IMG/VR virus record: IMGVR_UViG_2579779002_000003
DNA length: 10,456 nucleotides
Source of the DNA: a virus
Lineage: Duplodnaviria > Heunggongvirae > Uroviricota > Caudoviricetes
Direction: 5' to 3' (one strand)
The notes under the pieces were generated by a model, which was not told where the DNA came from, did no database searches, and saw nothing but the letters and a program-made list of their open reading frames with translations. Positions within the stretch are counted from its first letter, which is position 1. Each line of letters begins with the position of its first letter. Made by a program: the position numbers and the translations under genes. This document shows positions 6,691 through 10,456 of this stretch, piece after piece.

Positions 6691-8064
6691 ATGGATTTTT
6701 CTCATATTTCTTCGTACCTATCCTCTGATTCTCGAAGTGGCTGGCGTGAAAAGCTACTTGAAGCATCATTTCGAGGTGTGCCGTTTAAGGTTGAAGAAGA
6801 AAGTGCGGGAACCGGTCGTCGTGTGGAAACACATGAATACCCGAACCGCGACAAGCCCTATACCGAAGACCTGGGGAAAATCACTTTCCGCCCGTCCATC
6901 ACAGCTTATGTGGTGGGAGATGACTGCTTTGACCAGCGCGATCGCCTGATTGACGCGCTGAATAAACCCGGTCCCGGCACGCTTGTCCATCCGACTTACG
7001 GTGAGCTGAAAGTCTGTGTTGACGGGGAAGTTCGGGTCAGCACATCGAAGAGTGAAGGGCGTATTGTCCGCTTTGACCTGAAGTTTGTCGAAGCGGGAGA
7101 ACTCTCTTACCCCACTTCAGGTGCGGCGACGGCGCAGACGCTGATGTCATCCTGTTCTGCACTGGATGACTGCATCAGTGACAGCTTCAGTGGTTTCAGT
7201 ATCGATGGCGTGGCGGATTTTGTGCAGAACGACGTCGTCGGTAATGCCAGCACAATGCTGGGGTATGTTTCTGATGCGATGAAAGTGGTGGATTCTGCCG
7301 TATCGGATGCCGCCAGGCTGTTGCAGGGGGATATCTCGGTACTTCTGCCGCCGCCATCGTCAGGCAAAAATTTCGTTGAGCAGGTGCAGAAAATGTGGCG
7401 TACCGGGAAACGCCTTTATGGTAACGCCAGCGACCTGGTCACCATGATCAAAACGCTTTCCGGTGTCAGCCTCGGTAGCGATCTGCAACCGCGCGGCGTC
7501 TGGAAAACGGACAGTAAAACCACCGCCACGGCGACGCAGCAGCGTAACGTGGTTGCCAGCACCCTTCGTACGACCGCAATCAGCGAAGCGGCGTATGCCG
7601 TCACCCGATTGCCTGCGCCAACAACTTCCGCGGTGATGCAGAATTCCGCAGTGGGGCAGGCAACAACACCCGCGCAGAGCACTGGCTGGCCTTCCGTCAC
7701 GCATCCGGCACTGAACAATGCACCGGCGGTGAAAAACACGGTTGACCTGCCGACGTGGGAAGAACTGACTGACATTCGCGACACACTGAATACGGCAATT
7801 GATAAGGAGTTGTCCCGTACAACCAGCGATGCGCTGTTTCTGGCGCTGCGCCGGGTGAAAGCAGATCTGAATGCGGATATCAACACGCGCCTTGAACAGT
7901 CTGCACGGATCATTCAGCGCACACCGGATGAGGTTTTACCCGCGCTGGTGCTGGCGGCGACCTGGTTTGATAACGCGGCGCGTGACGCGGACATTATCCG
8001 GCGTAATGCCATTACGCATCCCGGCTTTGTGCCGGTGATCCCTCTGAAGGTGCCAGTGCAATGA
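6691..8064 (+). CDS. DNA circularization protein (Mu gpN-like, DNA_circ_N domain)
   Basis: 457 aa; N-terminal region ...ASFRGVPFKVEEESAGTGRRVETHEYPNRDKPYTEDLG... matches by eye the conserved motif of Mu N-family proteins; GAGGTG lies 5 nt upstream of ATG 6691. Confidence 0.85.
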   Translation: MDFSHISSYLSSDSRSGWREKLLEASFRGVPFKVEEESAGTGRRVETHEYPNRDKPYTEDLGKITFRPSITAYVVGDDCFDQRDRLIDALNKPGPGTLVHPTYGELKVCVDGEVRVSTSKSEGRIVRFDLKFVEAGELSYPTSGAATAQTLMSSCSALDDCISDSFSGFSIDGVADFVQNDVVGNASTMLGYVSDAMKVVDSAVSDAARLLQGDISVLLPPPSSGKNFVEQVQKMWRTGKRLYGNASDLVTMIKTLSGVSLGSDLQPRGVWKTDSKTTATATQQRNVVASTLRTTAISEAAYAVTRLPAPTTSAVMQNSAVGQATTPAQSTGWPSVTHPALNNAPAVKNTVDLPTWEELTDIRDTLNTAIDKELSRTTSDALFLALRRVKADLNADINTRLEQSARIIQRTPDEVLPALVLAATWFDNAARDADIIRRNAITHPGFVPVIPLKVPVQ

Positions 8065-9140
8065 ACGACAATGTCACGCTACGGGTAAATGGCCGGGAGT
8101 GGAATGGCTGGACATCGGTGCGCATCGGTGCCGGTATTGAGCGGCTGGCGCGGGATTTCAGTGTGGAGATCACCCGCCAGTGGCCGGGAGATGAGGGTAT
8201 CACCACGCTTCAGCCGCGCATTAAAAACGGTTCAAAAGTGGAGGTGCTGATTGGTGATGAGCTGGTGATCACCGGCTGGGTGGAGGCGACTCCCGTTCGT
8301 TACGATGCCCGTTCGGTCAGCACCGGTATTGCCGGACGTAGTCTGACCGCTGACCTGATTGACTGTGCAGCCGAACCGACACAGTTTAACGGACGATCGC
8401 TGGTACAGATTGCGCAGGCGCTTGCTGCGCCTTTCGGCATTGAGGTGGTGAACAGCGGTGCGCCGTCGGGTGTTATTCCTGATGTCCAGCCTGATCACGG
8501 TGAAACGGTGATTGAGGTAATCAACAAAATACTCGGTCAGCAGCAGGCACTGGCTTACGACGATCCGCACGGCAGGCTGGTGATTGGCGGTATTGGCTCA
8601 ACGCGGGCACATACCGCGCTGGTACTTGGGGAAAACATCCTTTCCTGCGATACGGAGAAGAGTATCCGGGAGCGGTTTTCTGTTTACCAGGTGGCGGGGC
8701 AGCGTGCCGGAAACGACGATGATTTCGGTGAGGCCACCACCACCGCGCTGCGGGCCCGCACAGAGGACGCATTTATTGCCCGTTACCGTCCGATGTATAT
8801 CAGGCAGACAGGGCAGGCTACGGGGGCAGGCTGTATTGCGCGTGCTGACTTTGAAGCCCGGCAACGGGCGGCGCGGACGGATGAAACCACCTATGTGGTG
8901 CAGGGCTGGCGACAGGGTAACGGTACGCTGTGGCAACCCAACCAGCGGGTGATTGTCTTTGATCCGGTCTGTGGTTTTGACAATACCGAACTGCTTGTTT
9001 CGGAAGTCACGTTTACTCAGGACCAGAACGGCACCCTGACGGAAATCCGTGTCGGCCCGCCTGATGCTTATCTGCCTGAACCTGAAGACCCCGGCGCGCG
9101 GAAAAAGAAAAAAGCCAGAGTACAGGAGGCCCCGTTCTGA
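8061..9140 (+). CDS. Baseplate hub / tail protein (Mu gpP-like, P2 gpD family)
   Basis: 359 aa ORF with ATGA overlap onto the N-like gene; position and size match Mu P / gp44. Confidence 0.85.
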   Translation: MNDNVTLRVNGREWNGWTSVRIGAGIERLARDFSVEITRQWPGDEGITTLQPRIKNGSKVEVLIGDELVITGWVEATPVRYDARSVSTGIAGRSLTADLIDCAAEPTQFNGRSLVQIAQALAAPFGIEVVNSGAPSGVIPDVQPDHGETVIEVINKILGQQQALAYDDPHGRLVIGGIGSTRAHTALVLGENILSCDTEKSIRERFSVYQVAGQRAGNDDDFGEATTTALRARTEDAFIARYRPMYIRQTGQATGAGCIARADFEARQRAARTDETTYVVQGWRQGNGTLWQPNQRVIVFDPVCGFDNTELLVSEVTFTQDQNGTLTEIRVGPPDAYLPEPEDPGARKKKKARVQEAPF

Positions 9141-9688
9141 TGAGGACGATTGAAGCCATGCAGCGACAACTTCTCGGCCTGATTGGGCGGGCAGTGGTGA
9201 AAAGCATCAGTGCCGCCACGAAATGTCAGACCGTGGATGTGTCCCTGATTGCCGGTGAACCCAAAGCCGGGGTTGAACATCTTGAACCCTACGGTTTTAC
9301 CGCAAGGGCAAACAGCGGTGCGGAAGCGGTGGTGTTGTTTCCGGATGGCGACCGTTCTCATGCGGTGGTTGTTACGGTGTCGGACCGGCGCTACCGCCTG
9401 AAAGGGCTGCATACGGGGGAGGTGGCTGTCTATGACGATCAGGGGCAGTCCGTGACGCTGACCCGGGAGGGGATCGTGGTGGACGGTGCAGGTAAAACAA
9501 TCACGTTTCGCAATGCGCCTAAGGCTCGTTTTGAAATGGACCTGGAAGTGACCGGACAGGTGAAAGACCTGTGCGACTCCACCGGCACCACCATGTCAGC
9601 GATGCGGCTTGCCTATAACGGGCATCGTCACAGAGAGAACGGTCAGGGCAGTAACACCGACAAACCTGATAAAGCGATGGAGGCATGA
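9140..9688 (+). CDS. Baseplate central spike / assembly protein (Mu gp45-like, P2 gpV family)
   Basis: 182 aa; start overlaps the P-like stop (TGATG); position after the hub gene. Confidence 0.85.
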   Translation: MRTIEAMQRQLLGLIGRAVVKSISAATKCQTVDVSLIAGEPKAGVEHLEPYGFTARANSGAEAVVLFPDGDRSHAVVVTVSDRRYRLKGLHTGEVAVYDDQGQSVTLTREGIVVDGAGKTITFRNAPKARFEMDLEVTGQVKDLCDSTGTTMSAMRLAYNGHRHRENGQGSNTDKPDKAMEA

Positions 9689-10113
9689 TGGAACTGTGGC
9701 TGACGGTGAACGGTAAACGCACCTGCGCCAGCGCACCGCTGGATCCGCTGACCCGTGCCGTGGTGATTTCCCTGTTCACCTGGCGGCGGGCTGAACCTGA
9801 TGACAATGCCGACGTCCCGATGGGATGGTGGGGGGATACCTGGCCTGCGGTACAGAATGACCGTTACGGCTCCCGACTGTGGCTGCTTCAGCGCAGCAAA
9901 CTGACCAATCAGCTGGTGCAGACGGTAAGGGGATATATCCGCGAATGCCTGCAATGGATGATTGATGACGGCGTAGTGTCCCGTATTGATCTGGATATCC
10001 GCCGCACCGGGATTAATGAGCTGGGTAACAGTATCACCCTCTGGCGTCGTGACGGACCGGTAATGATTTCTTTTGATGATCTGTGGAGTGCGATAACGCA
10101 TGGCGGACAGTGA
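9685..10113 (+). CDS. Baseplate protein (Mu gp46-like, GP46 family; P2 gpW analogue)
   Basis: 142 aa ORF with ATGA overlap onto the gp45-like gene; position and size fit. Confidence 0.8.
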   Translation: MMELWLTVNGKRTCASAPLDPLTRAVVISLFTWRRAEPDDNADVPMGWWGDTWPAVQNDRYGSRLWLLQRSKLTNQLVQTVRGYIRECLQWMIDDGVVSRIDLDIRRTGINELGNSITLWRRDGPVMISFDDLWSAITHGGQ

Positions 10114-10456
10114 ATTTCAACGCCCGACGCTGGCAGAAAATATCAGTATGCTCCGTAACGATTTATTCGCCAGGCTGGACGTCAGCGACACGCTCCGGCG
10201 CATGGATGAAGACGTGCGGGCAAAGGTGTATGCGGCGGCGCTGCATACGGTTTACGGTTACATCGATTATCTGGCAATGAACATGCTGCCTGACCTGTGC
10301 GATGAGTCCTGGCTGGCGCGACATGCTGCGATGAAACGGTGTCCGCGCAAGGGGGCCACGTCTGCCAGCGGGTATATGCGCTGGGAAGGTGTCAGCGATG
10401 GCCTGAAGGTGACCGCCGGGAGTGTTATTCAGCGCGATGACCTGGTTCAGTACACG
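10101..10456 (+). CDS. Baseplate wedge protein (Mu gp47-like, Baseplate_J family), 3'-truncated by window edge
   Basis: ATG 10101 opens a frame that runs to the window end (MADSEFQRPTLAENISMLRNDLFARLDVSDTLRRMDEDVRAKVYAAALHTVYGYIDYLAMNMLPDLCDESWLARH...) and overlaps the gp46-like 3' end by 13 nt. Confidence 0.75.

Larger units (their letters stand above)
1..10456 (+). mobile_element. Prophage late structural region: head-completion genes plus Mu-type contractile tail and baseplate module, with one embedded AT-rich cargo gene
   Basis: Uninterrupted same-strand series of ORFs with overlapping start/stop codons; sizes and order match sheath-tube-chaperone-tape measure-N-P-gp45-gp46-gp47 of Mu/SfV-type tails. 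Neither prophage boundary lies in the window. Confidence 0.85.

Noticed and set aside
6683-6949. 88 aa + strand ORF overlapping the start of the N-like gene in another frame
   Set aside because: The N-like frame (6691..8064) has a proper Shine-Dalgarno and a recognisable conserved N-terminal motif; the 88 aa ORF is an out-of-frame artefact.
9101-9142. A-rich tract GAAAAAGAAAAAAG at the 3' end of the P-like gene as a -1 slippery site that would fuse the hub to the gp45-like spike (the gp45 frame is -1 relative to P and open from 9113)
   Set aside because: The tract is not in canonical X_XXY_YYZ register (G precedes each A run), it simply encodes a C-terminal KKKK, and a 1-nt TGATG overlap is ordinary coupling. 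Noted as a curiosity only.
1-10456. CRISPR arrays, tRNA/rRNA genes, attachment-site repeats or insertion-sequence ends
   Set aside because: No regularly spaced direct repeats, no tRNA-like structures and no terminal inverted repeats were seen by eye; neither prophage boundary is in this window.

Overview
The window reads as one same-strand (+) late structural block of a tailed prophage, most likely from an enterobacterial host: head-completion genes (head closure/adaptor, HK97 gp10-like) followed by a Mu-type contractile tail and baseplate module (Gp37-like, small pre-sheath protein, sheath, tube, chaperone with a probable -1 frameshift extension, tape measure, DNA-circularization N-like, hub P-like, gp45/gp46/gp47-like). 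All product calls come from reading the translated ORFs by eye plus gene order and size; no database search was run. The main anomaly is an AT-rich single-gene insertion (6146..6634) between the tape measure and N-like genes, encoding a signal-peptide protein I cannot place in any family, with its own Shine-Dalgarno and a clean intrinsic terminator. It is the best candidate here for a lysogenic-conversion, exclusion or anti-defence function, but nothing in the sequence shows which. Two frame oddities are also worth checking: the chaperone slippery site and an ambiguous 3' end of the gp10-like gene. No rRNA, tRNA or CRISPR array was found.
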